A DNA stretch of 64,000 bases. Origin: Yuukianura sp. NJ FZ-2021 (Eukaryota). The translations under genes were made by a program, and so were the position numbers. The stretch spans positions 1,116,001 through 1,180,000 of the forward strand of contig JAJCTO010000010.1 in NCBI GenBank assembly GCA_046563655.1. Reading direction: 5' to 3'. Below, one piece after another: positions 11,388-23,000 of this stretch (within the stretch, counting starts at the first letter, position 1; every line of letters starts with the position of its first letter). The notes beneath the pieces are model-generated. The model had not been told where the DNA came from and did not search any database. It saw nothing but the letters and a program-made list of their open reading frames with translations.

Positions 11388-13868
11388 CTTAATATTGAGT
11401 TGATCAGTTGGAAGGAGGTAAAAACATACGTCAAGACACACTACGGAAAGTGTTACATAAAAATAGTGAAAAAATACGAATTTCTCCAAACCAAAATGAT
11501 GAAAACGAAAAACAATATTGTCTTCCTCAAGAGATGTAAGCGTGATAGAATAACACCAAAATTTCTAAAAATCAAGAACAATTGGTCACACCTGACGAAA
11601 AGTACGAAGCTCTTTGATTCCATCGAACAGCGTCTACTCAGACTACAAATCGACCACTGTTTTAAAATTCGGAAAATACTGGAATCACAACTTGAACAAA
11701 TCGAAATCCAACTCGTCACGAATTTAGAGACTCAAATTCTCGTCTCCATTTTTGAAAAAATTGATATTGCAGTCAACAACCAAAATTCCAGAATGAAAGC
11801 AAGACATCAGAAAAAATTTGCGAATTTACTCAACAAAAGCACTGGAAATGATTTTGAAATGGACACCAATGATTTAAATTTGTTCCACACGATTCCAAGC
11901 ACGGAAAATTTGTCTCATCGAAAGTTTACTCCCACAGAAGAAAAAGTCTTAAATTTGGGACTTAATTTTGCCGTACCTGAAAACAATTTCAACAAGAAAG
12001 TTTTTGATACAATAATCAACACGGAATTACAATTCCCTCGAGAAAATGGAGAAAACCAAATAAATCTAGATTTGGTCCGAAATTCTATTTCACGCATTGT
12101 ACATCGCCATCAACCCAAAAACTGCGACAATAATTCCAAATACAAATGGATTCCTCCAATTCTCAAAAACCTGAAGTCAGACAAATCCATCACAATTTTA
12201 CCAGCGGACAAGGGCAACATTACTGTAATTCTAAACCGACAAGACTATGACATGAAAATGGAAAAATTGTTACGAGATGCGAACTACAGAGTCTTACCAT
12301 CCGACCCTTCCAAATTTTACGAGAAAGAAATTAAAGAAAAGTGCAAGATTCTACTAAAACGCAAAAGGATCAACAAATCTTTATACTCAATTCTTTCCCA
12401 TTCAGAAGCAAGAGTTCCAATTTTCTACGGCTTACCAAAAATCCACAAAGACGGCGTCCCACTCAGACCAATCGTCGATTTCAGAAAGTCTGTCTCTTAC
12501 GAACTCACCTCTCATCTTAACAAGATACTGAAGGGGATGACGACGACTTTTCCTACCTATTTGAGAAACTCTTTTCAATTTTCCGAAATTATAGGAACTT
12601 TCAAAGTACCGAATGGATACCGTCTAGTGTCGTTCGATGTCGTTTCACTTTTTACCAATGTTCCAGTTGATCTTATACTGGAATACATGAAACAAAGGCT
12701 AATCGCAGACTCAAGATGGAAATCAAAAACATCTATGCAATTAAGCGACATTTTTTCACTACTCGAACTAGCAACGGATTGCAACTTTTTCAAGTACAAA
12801 GGGAAATTCTACAAACAAGTCAACGGTACTCCTATGGGAAGCCCGATTTCCCCATTAATTGCCGAATTCTGCATGCAGGCCATTGAAGAATCACTGATTC
12901 TCCCCCGCCAAGATGTTGTATTTTTCAAACGTTACGTAGACGATATCATCGCATGCGTACAAACAGAGAAAGTTGAAGAAATTCTCTCAACTCTGAACAA
13001 TTTCCATCCATCTTTAAAATTTACTCTTGAATTAGATGTCGACCGGAAAATCAATTTTTTGGATGTACAACTTGAATACGATGTTTTTGGAAATGTTTCA
13101 AAAAGGATTTTCCGAAAACCGACTCATTCGGGAAGATATCTGAATTTCCAATCTTTTCATCACTTTTCCCATAAAATGTCAGTGATCGACTCGTTAACCT
13201 TCCGAGCTCTCAAAATATGTGACGATCCATATGTCGAAGATGAACTAAATCATATTTCAAATCAACTTGTCAACAATGGCTATCCAAGAAGTCTCATCCT
13301 CTCAAGATTCCAAAAAATGAAGGAAAAACTGAAAACGGATAAGGTTAATCCAAACTCGGAAGATTCAAACAGATTCATGCTTCCATTTTTGGTATCTCTG
13401 ACTTCTAAACTGGCAAAACTTCTACATAAGAAATTTGATTGCAGTTTTGGTTATATTCCTGGATCTAAAATCAAGAACATGATTTGTAACCACAAAGAAA
13501 AGGAAGTCCCAATCACATCAGGAGTTTATGAAATTCAATGCAATTGCAAAAGGAAATACATCGGAGAAACTGGACGAGATTTACTAACGCGTATCGCAGA
13601 ACACAAGAAAGATGTATCTAGACAAAATGAAAACTCACCATTCGTCCAACACTTAAAAGAATTTCAAAATCATAACATCTTATTCGACTCAGCAAGTCTC
13701 ATTTTAAAAGAGCAGAAGAATTTCCATAGGAAATTCTACGAATCTGTCCTCATCAGTTCTGAATCAGAAAATCTTAATCGAGACAATGGAATGAGAATTA
13801 ACCCTATTTGGAAATCTCTACTGGTACCTATGGCAAAGAAACTACAACGAAAATGTCTAACGTCATAA
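11382..13868 (+). CDS. Penelope-like reverse transcriptase / GIY-YIG endonuclease, 828 aa, intact
   Basis: Motifs PADKGN, YGLPKIHK..PLRPIV, SFDVVSLFTNVP, GTPMGSPISP, RYVDD, FLDV, RKPTHSGRYL, GVYEIQCNC..YIGETGR. Confidence 0.96.
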   Translation: MQLNIELISWKEVKTYVKTHYGKCYIKIVKKYEFLQTKMMKTKNNIVFLKRCKRDRITPKFLKIKNNWSHLTKSTKLFDSIEQRLLRLQIDHCFKIRKILESQLEQIEIQLVTNLETQILVSIFEKIDIAVNNQNSRMKARHQKKFANLLNKSTGNDFEMDTNDLNLFHTIPSTENLSHRKFTPTEEKVLNLGLNFAVPENNFNKKVFDTIINTELQFPRENGENQINLDLVRNSISRIVHRHQPKNCDNNSKYKWIPPILKNLKSDKSITILPADKGNITVILNRQDYDMKMEKLLRDANYRVLPSDPSKFYEKEIKEKCKILLKRKRINKSLYSILSHSEARVPIFYGLPKIHKDGVPLRPIVDFRKSVSYELTSHLNKILKGMTTTFPTYLRNSFQFSEIIGTFKVPNGYRLVSFDVVSLFTNVPVDLILEYMKQRLIADSRWKSKTSMQLSDIFSLLELATDCNFFKYKGKFYKQVNGTPMGSPISPLIAEFCMQAIEESLILPRQDVVFFKRYVDDIIACVQTEKVEEILSTLNNFHPSLKFTLELDVDRKINFLDVQLEYDVFGNVSKRIFRKPTHSGRYLNFQSFHHFSHKMSVIDSLTFRALKICDDPYVEDELNHISNQLVNNGYPRSLILSRFQKMKEKLKTDKVNPNSEDSNRFMLPFLVSLTSKLAKLLHKKFDCSFGYIPGSKIKNMICNHKEKEVPITSGVYEIQCNCKRKYIGETGRDLLTRIAEHKKDVSRQNENSPFVQHLKEFQNHNILFDSASLILKEQKNFHRKFYESVLISSESENLNRDNGMRINPIWKSLLVPMAKKLQRKCLTS

Positions 13869-14043
13869 CGTCAACAAACACCAATTGAATTTCACACAAT
13901 TTTAGTTCGTATTTTTTCCTTAAAATTTCTTTAAATTTGTTCCCTGAAGAAGGACATAGATCATTGTCCGAAAGCTTGGATCTTTTTGAGTAAAGATTTA
14001 AAAGTTAAAACATCAACTGGCGATATTCCGATCTAAAATGCAA
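13735..14043 (+). repeat. 3' pseudo-LTR of the PLE
   Basis: Imperfect direct repeat of 11076-11387. Confidence 0.9.
13941..13980 (+). ncRNA. Minimal type I hammerhead ribozyme motif (3' pLTR)
   Basis: Same motif, with GAAAGCTT instead of GAAAGCTC at the predicted cleavage nucleotide. Confidence 0.75.
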
Positions 14044-17000
14044 TCCAAATTTATAGTAGCCACCATAGCCTCCATGAGAAGTAGCAAGCAGATACTTTGA
14101 AAGCAATCTGGTACTAGAGAACGGTGTGATCAACAAAATGTGTAATGTCTACTCATTTTCGAAAATTTGTTGAATTAGAAACGGGGTGATGAACTGCTCA
14201 GCACTCTTTTCTGTTATCGTCGTAGGAAGATTATCGGTACAACGTATTTTACCACAGAGAAATCCCCGCTGCTACAAGTGGCAGCTCTGACTGACATACA
14301 AATTTATAGTAGCCACCATAGCCTCCATGAGAAGGAGCAAACAGATATTTTGAAAGCATTCTTGTACAAGAGAACGGTGTGATTAACAAAATGTGTAATT
14401 TCTACTCATTTCCGAAAATTTGTTGATTTAGTTGCTTGGTTATGAACTGCTTGGCACTCTTTTCTGTTATCCTCGAAGGAAGATTATCGGTACAACGTAT
14501 TTTACCACAGAGAAATCCCCGCTGCTACAAGTGGCAGCTCTGACTGACATACAAAGTTAAAGTAGCCACCATAGCCTCCATGAGAAGGTGCAAACAGATA
14601 CTCTGAAAGCAATCTTGTACTAGAGAACGGTGTGATCAACAAAATGTGTAATGTCTACTCATTTTCGAAAATTTGTTGAATTAGAAACGGAGTGATGAAC
14701 TGCTCAGCACTCTTTTCTGTTATCGTCGTAGGAAGATTATCGGTACAACGTATTTTACCACAGAGAAATCCCCGCTGCTACAAGTGGCAGCTCTGACTGA
14801 CATACAAAGTTAAAGTAGCCACCATAGCCTCCATGAGAAGGTGCAAACAGATACTTTGAAAGCAATCTTGTACTAGAGAACGGTGTGATCAACAAAATGT
14901 GTAATGTCTACTCATTTTCGAAAATTTGTTGAATTAGAAACGGGGTTATGAACTGCTCGGCACTCTTTTCTGTTATCGTCGAAGGAAGATTATCGGTACA
15001 ACGTATTTTACCACAGAGAAATCCCCGCTGCTACAAGTGGCAGGTCTGACTGATATCCAAATTTATAGTAGCCACCATAGCCTCCATGAGAAGGAGCAAG
15101 CAGATACTTTGAAAGCAATCTGGTACTAGAGAACGGTGTGATCAACAAAATGTGTAATGTCTACTCATTTTCGAAAATTTGTTGAATTAGAAACGGGGTG
15201 ATGAACTGCTCAGCACTCTTTTCTGTTATCGTCGAAGGAAGATTATCGGTACAACGTATTTTACCACAGAGAAATCCCCGCTGCTACAAGTGGCAGGTCT
15301 GACTGATATCCAAATTTATAGTAGCCACCATAGCCTCCATGAGAAGGAGCAAGCAGATACTTTGAAAGCAATCTTGTACTAGAGAAAGGTGTGATCAACA
15401 AAATGTGTAATGTCTACTCATTTTCGAAAATTTGTTGAATTAGAAACGGGGTGATGAACTGCTCAGCACTCTTTTCTGTTATCGTCGTAGGAAGATTATC
15501 GGTACAACGTATTTTACCACAGAGAAATCCCCGCTGCTACAAGTGGCAGCTCTGACTGACATACAAATTTATAGTAGCCACCATAGCCTCCATGAGAAGG
15601 AGCAAACAGATATTTTGAAAGCATTCTTGTACAAGAGAACGGTGTGATTAACAAAATGTGTAATTTCTACTCATTTTCGAAAATTTGTTGATTTAGTTGC
15701 TTGGTTATGAACTGCTTGGCACTCTTTTCTGTTATCCTCGAAGGAAGATTATCGGTACAACGTATTTTACCACAGAGAAATCCCCGCTGCTACAAGTGGC
15801 AGCTCTGACTGACATACAAAGTTAAAGTAGCCACCATAGCCTCCATGAGAAGGTGCAAACAGATACTCTGAAAGCAATCTTGTACTAGAGAACGGTGTGA
15901 TCAACAAAATGTGTAATGTCTACTCATTTTCGAAAATTTGTTGAATTAGAAACGGAGTGATGAACTGCTCAGCACTCTTTTCTGTTATCGTCGTAGGAAG
16001 ATTATCGGTACAACGTATTTTACCACAGAGAATTCCCCGCTGCTACAAGTGGCAGCTCTGACTGACATACAAAGTTAAAGTAGCCACCATAGCCTCCATG
16101 AGAAGGTGCAAACAGATACTTTGAAAGCAATCTTGTACTAGAGAACGGTGTGATCAACAAAATGTGTAATGTCTACTCATTTTCGAAAATTTGTTGAATT
16201 AGAAACGGGGTGATGAACTGCTCAGCACTCTTTTCTGTTATCGTCGTAGGAAGATTATCGGTACAACGTATTTTACCACAGAGAAATCCCCGCTGCTACA
16301 AGTGGCAGCTCTGACTGACATACAAAGTTAAAGTAGCCACCATAGCCTCCATGAGAAGGTGCAAACAGATATTTTGAAAGCATTCTTGTACAAGAGAACG
16401 GTGTGATTAACAAAATGTGTAATTTCTACTCATTTTCGAAAATTTGTTGATTTAGTTGCTTGGTTATGAACTGCTTGGCACTCTTTTCTGTTATCCTCGA
16501 AGGAAGATTATCGGTACAACGTATTTTACCACAGAGAAATCCCCGCTGCTACAAGTGGCAGCTCTGACTGACATACAAAGTTAAAGTAGCCACCATAGCC
16601 TCCATGAGAAGGTGCAAACAGATACTCTGAAAGCAATCTTGTACTAGAGAACGGTGTGATCAACAAAATGTGTAATGTCTACTCATTTTCGAAAATTTGT
16701 TGAATTAGAAACGGAGTGATGAACTGCTCAGCACTCTTTTCTGTTATCGTCGTAGGAAGATTATCGGTACAACGTATTTTACCACAGAGAATTCCCCGCT
16801 GCTACAAGTGGCAGCTCTGACTGACATACAAAGTTAAAGTAGCCACCATAGCCTCCATGAGAAGGTGCAAACAGATACTTTGAAAGCAATCTTGTACTAG
16901 AGAACGGTGTGATCAACAAAATGTGTAATGTCTACTCATTTTCGAAAATTTGTTGAATTAGAAACGGGGTGATGAACTGCTCAGCACTCTTTTCTGTTAT

Positions 17001-20000
17001 CGTCGAAGGAAGATTATCGGTACAACGTATTTTACCGCAGAGAAATCTCCGCTGCTACAAGTGGCAGGTCTGACTGATATCCAACTTTATAGTAGCCACC
17101 ATAGCCTCCATGAGAAGGAGCAAGCAGATACTTTGAAAGCAATCTGGTACTAGAGAACGGTGTGATCAACAAAATGTGTAATGTCTACTCATTTTCGAAA
17201 ATTTGTTGAATTAGAAACGGAGTGATGAACTGCTCAGCACTCTTTTCTGTTATCGTCGTAGGAAGATTATCGGTACAACGTATTTTACCACAGAGAAATC
17301 CCCGCTGCTACAAGTGGCAGCTCTGACTGACATACAAAGTTAAAGTAGCCACCATAGCCTCCATGAGAAGGTGCAAACAGATACTTTGAAAGCAATCTTG
17401 TACTAGAGAACGGTGTGATCAACAAAATGTGTAATGTCTACTCATTTTCGAAAATTTGTTGAATTAGAAACGGGGTTATGAACTGCTCGGCACTCTTTTC
17501 TGTTATCGTCGAAGGAAGATTATCGGTACAACGTATTTTACCACAGAGAAATCCCCGCTGCTACAAGTGGCAGGTCTGACTGATATCCAAATTTATAGTA
17601 GCCACCATAGCCTCCATGAGAAGGAGCAAGCAGATACTTTGAAAGCAATCTTGTACTAGAGAAAGGTGTGATCAACAAAATGTGTAATGTCTACTCATTT
17701 TCGAAAATTTGTTGAATTAGAAACGGGGTGATGAACTGCTCAGCACTCTTTTCTGTTATCGTCGTAGGAAGATTATCGGTACAACGTATTTTACCACAGA
17801 GAAATCCCCGCTGCTACAAGTGGCAGCTCTGACTGACATACAAATTTATAGTAGCCACCATAGCCTCCATGAGAAGGAGCAAACAGATATTTTGAAAGCA
17901 TTCTTGTACAAGAGAACGGTGTGATTAACAAAATGTGTAATTTCTACTCATTTTCGAAAATTTGTTGATTTAGTTGCTTGGTTATGAACTGCTTGGCACT
18001 CTTTTCTGTTATCCTCGAAGGAAGATTATCGGTACAACGTATTTTACCACAGAGAAATCCCCGCTGCTACAAGTGGCAGCTCTGACTGACATACAAAGTT
18101 AAAGTAGCCACCATAGCCTCCATGAGAAGGTGCAAACAGATACTCTGAAAGCAATCTTGTACTAGAGAACGGTGTGATCAACAAAATGTGTAATGTCTAC
18201 TCATTTTCGAAAATTTGTTGAATTAGAAACGGAGTGATGAACTGCTCAGCACTCTTTTCTGTTATCGTCGTAGGAAGATTATCGGTACAACGTATTTTAC
18301 CACAGAGAATTCCCCGCTGCTACAAGTGGCAGCTCTGACTGACATACAAAGTTAAAGTAGCCACCATAGCCTCCATGAGAAGGTGCAAACAGATACTTTG
18401 AAAGCAATCTTGTACTAGAGAACGGTGTGATCAACAAAATGTGTAATGTCTACTCATTTTCGAAAATTTGTTGAATTAGAAACGGGGTGATGAACTGCTC
18501 AGCACTCTTTTCTGTTATCGTCGTAGGAAGATTATCGGTACAACGTATTTTACCACAGAGAAATCCCCGCTGCTACAAGTGGCAGCTCTGACTGACATAC
18601 AAAGTTAAAGTAGCCACCATAGCCTCCATGAGAAGGTGCAAACAGATATTTTGAAAGCATTCTTGTACAAGAGAACGGTGTGATTAACAAAATGTGTAAT
18701 TTCTACTCATTTTCGAAAATTTGTTGATTTAGTTGCTTGGTTATGAACTGCTTGGCACTCTTTTCTGTTATCCTCGAAGGAAGATTATCGGTACAACGTA
18801 TTTTACCACAGAGAAATCCCCGCTGCTACAAGTGGCAGCTCTGACTGACATACAAAGTTAAAGTAGCCACCATAGCCTCCATGAGAAGGTGCAAACAGAT
18901 ACTCTGAAAGCAATCTTGTACTAGAGAACGGTGTGATCAACAAAATGTGTAATGTCTACTCATTTTCGAAAATTTGTTGAATTAGAAACGGAGTGATGAA
19001 CTGCTCAGCACTCTTTTCTGTTATCGTCGTAGGAAGATTATCGGTACAACGTATTTTACCACAGAGAATTCCCCGCTGCTACAAGTGGCAGCTCTGACTG
19101 ACATACAAAGTTAAAGTAGCCACCATAGCCTCCATGAGAAGGTGCAAACAGATACTTTGAAAGCAATCTTGTACTAGAGAACGGTGTGATCAACAAAATG
19201 TGTAATGTCTACTCATTTTCGAAAATTTGTTGAATTAGAAACGGGGTGATGAACTGCTCAGCACTCTTTTCTGTTATCGTCGAAGGAAGATTATCGGTAC
19301 AACGTATTTTACCGCAGAGAAATCTCCGCTGCTACAAGTGGCAGGTCTGACTGATATCCAACTTTATAGTAGCCACCATAGCCTCCATGAGAAGGAGCAA
19401 GCAGATACTTTGAAAGCAATCTGGTACTAGAGAACGGTGTGATCAACAAAATGTGTAATGTCTACTCATTTTCGAAAATTTGTTGAATTAGAAACGGAGT
19501 GATGAACTGCTCAGCACTCTTTTCTGTTATCGTCGTAGGAAGATTATCGGTACAACGTATTTTACCACAGAGAAATCCCCGCTGCTACAAGTGGCAGCTC
19601 TGACTGACATACAAAGTTAAAGTAGCCACCATAGCCTCCATGAGAAGGTGCAAACAGATACTTTGAAAGCAATCTTGTACTAGAGAACGGTGTGATCAAC
19701 AAAATGTGTAATGTCTACTCATTTTCGAAAATTTGTTGAATTAGAAACGGGGTTATGAACTGCTCGGCACTCTTTTCTGTTATCGTCGAAGGAAGATTAT
19801 CGGTACAACGTATTTTACCACAGAGAAATCCCCGCTGCTACAAGTGGCAGGTCTGACTGATATCCAAATTTATAGTAGCCACCATAGCCTCCATGAGAAG
19901 GAGCAAGCAGATACTTTGAAAGCAATCTGGTACTAGAGAACGGTGTGATCAACAAAATGTGTAATGTCTACTCATTTTCGAAAATTTGTTGAATTAGAAA

Positions 20001-23000
20001 CGGGGTGATGAACTGCTCAGCACTCTTTTCTGTTATCGTCGTAGGAAGATTATCGGTACAACGTATTTTACCACAGAGAAATCCCCGCTGCTACAAGTGG
20101 CAGCTCTGACTGACATACAAATTTATAGTAGCCACCATAGCCTCCATGAGAAGGAGCAAGCAGATACTTTGAAAGCAATCTTGTACTTGAGAACGGTGTG
20201 ATCAACAAAATGTGTAATGTCTACTCATTTTCGAAAATTTGTTGAATTAGAAACGGGGTGATGAACTGCTCAGCACTCTTTTCTGTTATCGTCGTAGGAA
20301 GATTATCGGTACAACGTATTTTACCACAGAGAAATCCCCGCTGCTACAAGTGGCAGCTCTGACTGACATACAAATTTATAGTAGCCACCATAGCCTCCAT
20401 GAGAAGGAGCAAACAGATATTTTGAAAGCATTCTTGTACAAGAGAACGGTGTGATTAACAAAATGTGTAATTTCTACTCATTTTCGAAAATTTGTTGATT
20501 TAGTTGCTTGGTTATGAACTGCTTGGCACTCTTTTCTGTTATCCTCGAAGGAAGATTATCGGTACAACGTATTTTACCACAGAGAAATCCCCGCTGCTAC
20601 AAGTGGCAGCTCTGACTGACATACAAAGTTAAAGTAGCCACCATAGCCTCCATGAGAAGGTGCAAACAGATACTCTGAAAGCAATCTTGTACTAGAGAAC
20701 GGTGTGATCAACAAAATGTGTAATGTCTACTCATTTTCGAAAATTTGTTGAATTAGAAACGGAGTGATGAACTGCTCAGCACTCTTTTCTGTTATCGTCG
20801 TAGGAAGATTATCGGTACAACGTATTTTACCACAGAGAAATCCCCGCTGCTACAAGTGGCAGCTCTGACTGACATACAAAGTTAAAGTAGCCACCATAGC
20901 CTCCATGAGAAGGTGCAAACAGATACTTTGAAAGCAATCTTGTACTAGAGAACGGTGTGATCAACAAAATGTGTAATGTCTACTCATTTTCGAAAATTTG
21001 TTGAATTAGAAACGGGGTGATGAACTGCTCGGCACTCTTTTCTGTTATCGTCGAAGGAAGATTATCGGTACAACGTATTTTACCGCAGAGAAATCTCCGC
21101 TGCTACAAGTGGCAGGTCTGACTGATATCCAACTTTATAGTAGCCACCATAGCCTCCATGAGAAGGAGCAAGCAGATACTTTGAAAGCAATCTGGTACTA
21201 GAGAACGGTGTGATCAACAAAATGTGTAATGTCTACTCATTTTCGAAAATTTGTTGAATTAGAAACGGAGTGATGAACTGCTCAGCACTCTTTTCTGTTA
21301 TCGTCGTAGGAAGATTATCGGTACAACGTATTTTACCACAGAGAAATCCCCGCTGCTACAAGTGGCAGCTCTGACTGACATACAAAGTTAAAGTAGCCAC
21401 CATAGCCTCCATGAGAAGGTGCAAACAGATACTTTGAAAGCAATCTTGTACTAGAGAACGGTGTGATCAACAAAATGTGTAATGTCTACTCATTTTCGAA
21501 AATTTGTTGAATTAGAAACGGGGTTATGAACTGCTCGGCACTCTTTTCTGTTATCGTCGAAGGAAGATTATCGGTACAACGTATTTTACCACAGAGAAAT
21601 CCCCGCTGCTACAAGTGGCAGCTCTGACTGACATACAAATTTATAGTAGCCACCATAGCCTCCATGAGAAGGAGCAAGCAGATACTTTGAAAGCAATCTT
21701 GTACTTGAGAACGGTGTGATCAACAAAATGTGTAATGTCTACTCATTTTCGAAAATTTGTTGAATTAGAAACGGGGTGATGAACTGCTCAGCACTCTTTT
21801 CTGTTATCGTCGTAGGAAGATTATCGGTACAACGTATTTTACCACAGAGAAATCCCCGCTGCTACAAGTGGCAGCTCTGACTGACATACAAATTTATAGT
21901 AGCCACCATAGCCTCCATGAGAAGGAGCAAACAGATATTTTGAAAGCATTCTTGTACAAGAGAACGGTGTGATTAACAAAATGTGTAATTTCTACTCATT
22001 TTCGAAAATTTGTTGATTTAGTTGCTTGGTTATGAACTGCTTGGCACTCTTTTCTGTTATCCTCGAAGGAAGATTATCGGTACAACGTATTTTACCACAG
22101 AGAAATCCCCGCTGCTACAAGTGGCAGCTCTGACTGACATACAAAGTTAAAGTAGCCACCATAGCCTCCATGAGAAGGTGCAAACAGATACTCTGAAAGC
22201 AATCTTGTACTAGAGAACGGTGTGATCAACAAAATGTGTAATGTCTACTCATTTTCGAAAATTTGTTGAATTAGAAACGGAGTGATGAACTGCTCAGCAC
22301 TCTTTTCTGTTATCGTCGTAGGAAGATTATCGGTACAACGTATTTTACCACAGAGAAATCCCCGCTGCTACAAGTGGCAGCTCTGACTGACATACAAAGT
22401 TAAAGTAGCCACCATAGCCTCCATGAGAAGGTGCAAACAGATACTTTGAAAGCAATCTTGTACTAGAGAACGGTGTGATCAACAAAATGTGTAATGTCTA
22501 CTCATTTTCGAAAATTTGTTGAATTAGAAACGGGGTGATGAACTGCTCGGCACTCTTTTCTGTTATCGTCGAAGGAAGATTATCGGTACAACGTATTTTA
22601 CCGCAGAGAAATCTCCGCTGCTACAAGTGGCAGGTCTGACTGATATCCAACTTTATAGTAGCCACCATAGCCTCCATGAGAAGGAGCAAGCAGATACTTT
22701 GAAAGCAATCTGGTACTAGAGAACGGTGTGATCAACAAAATGTGTAATGTCTACTCATTTTCGAAAATTTGTTGAATTAGAAACGGAGTGATGAACTGCT
22801 CAGCACTCTTTTCTGTTATCGTCGTAGGAAGATTATCGGTACAACGTATTTTACCACAGAGAAATCCCCGCTGCTACAAGTGGCAGCTCTGACTGACATA
22901 CAAAGTTAAAGTAGCCACCATAGCCTCCATGAGAAGGTGCAAACAGATACTTTGAAAGCAATCTTGTACTAGAGAACGGTGTGATCAACAAAATGTGTAA

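Larger units (their letters stand above)
11072..14043 (+). mobile_element. Penelope-like retroelement (PLE) with pseudo-LTRs, inserted in satellite A
   Basis: Single RT + GIY-YIG ORF. ~310-bp direct repeats at ~11076-11387 and ~13735-14043 include the ORF 3' end. TSD ATCCAAATTTATA at 11059-11071 and 14043-14055 (first A shared with the element end). Confidence 0.95.

Noticed and set aside
11076..14043. Direct repeats read as true LTRs of an LTR retrotransposon
   Set aside because: No TG...CA ends or integrase; the repeats include the ORF 3' end and the protein has a GIY-YIG domain, so they are Penelope pseudo-LTRs.
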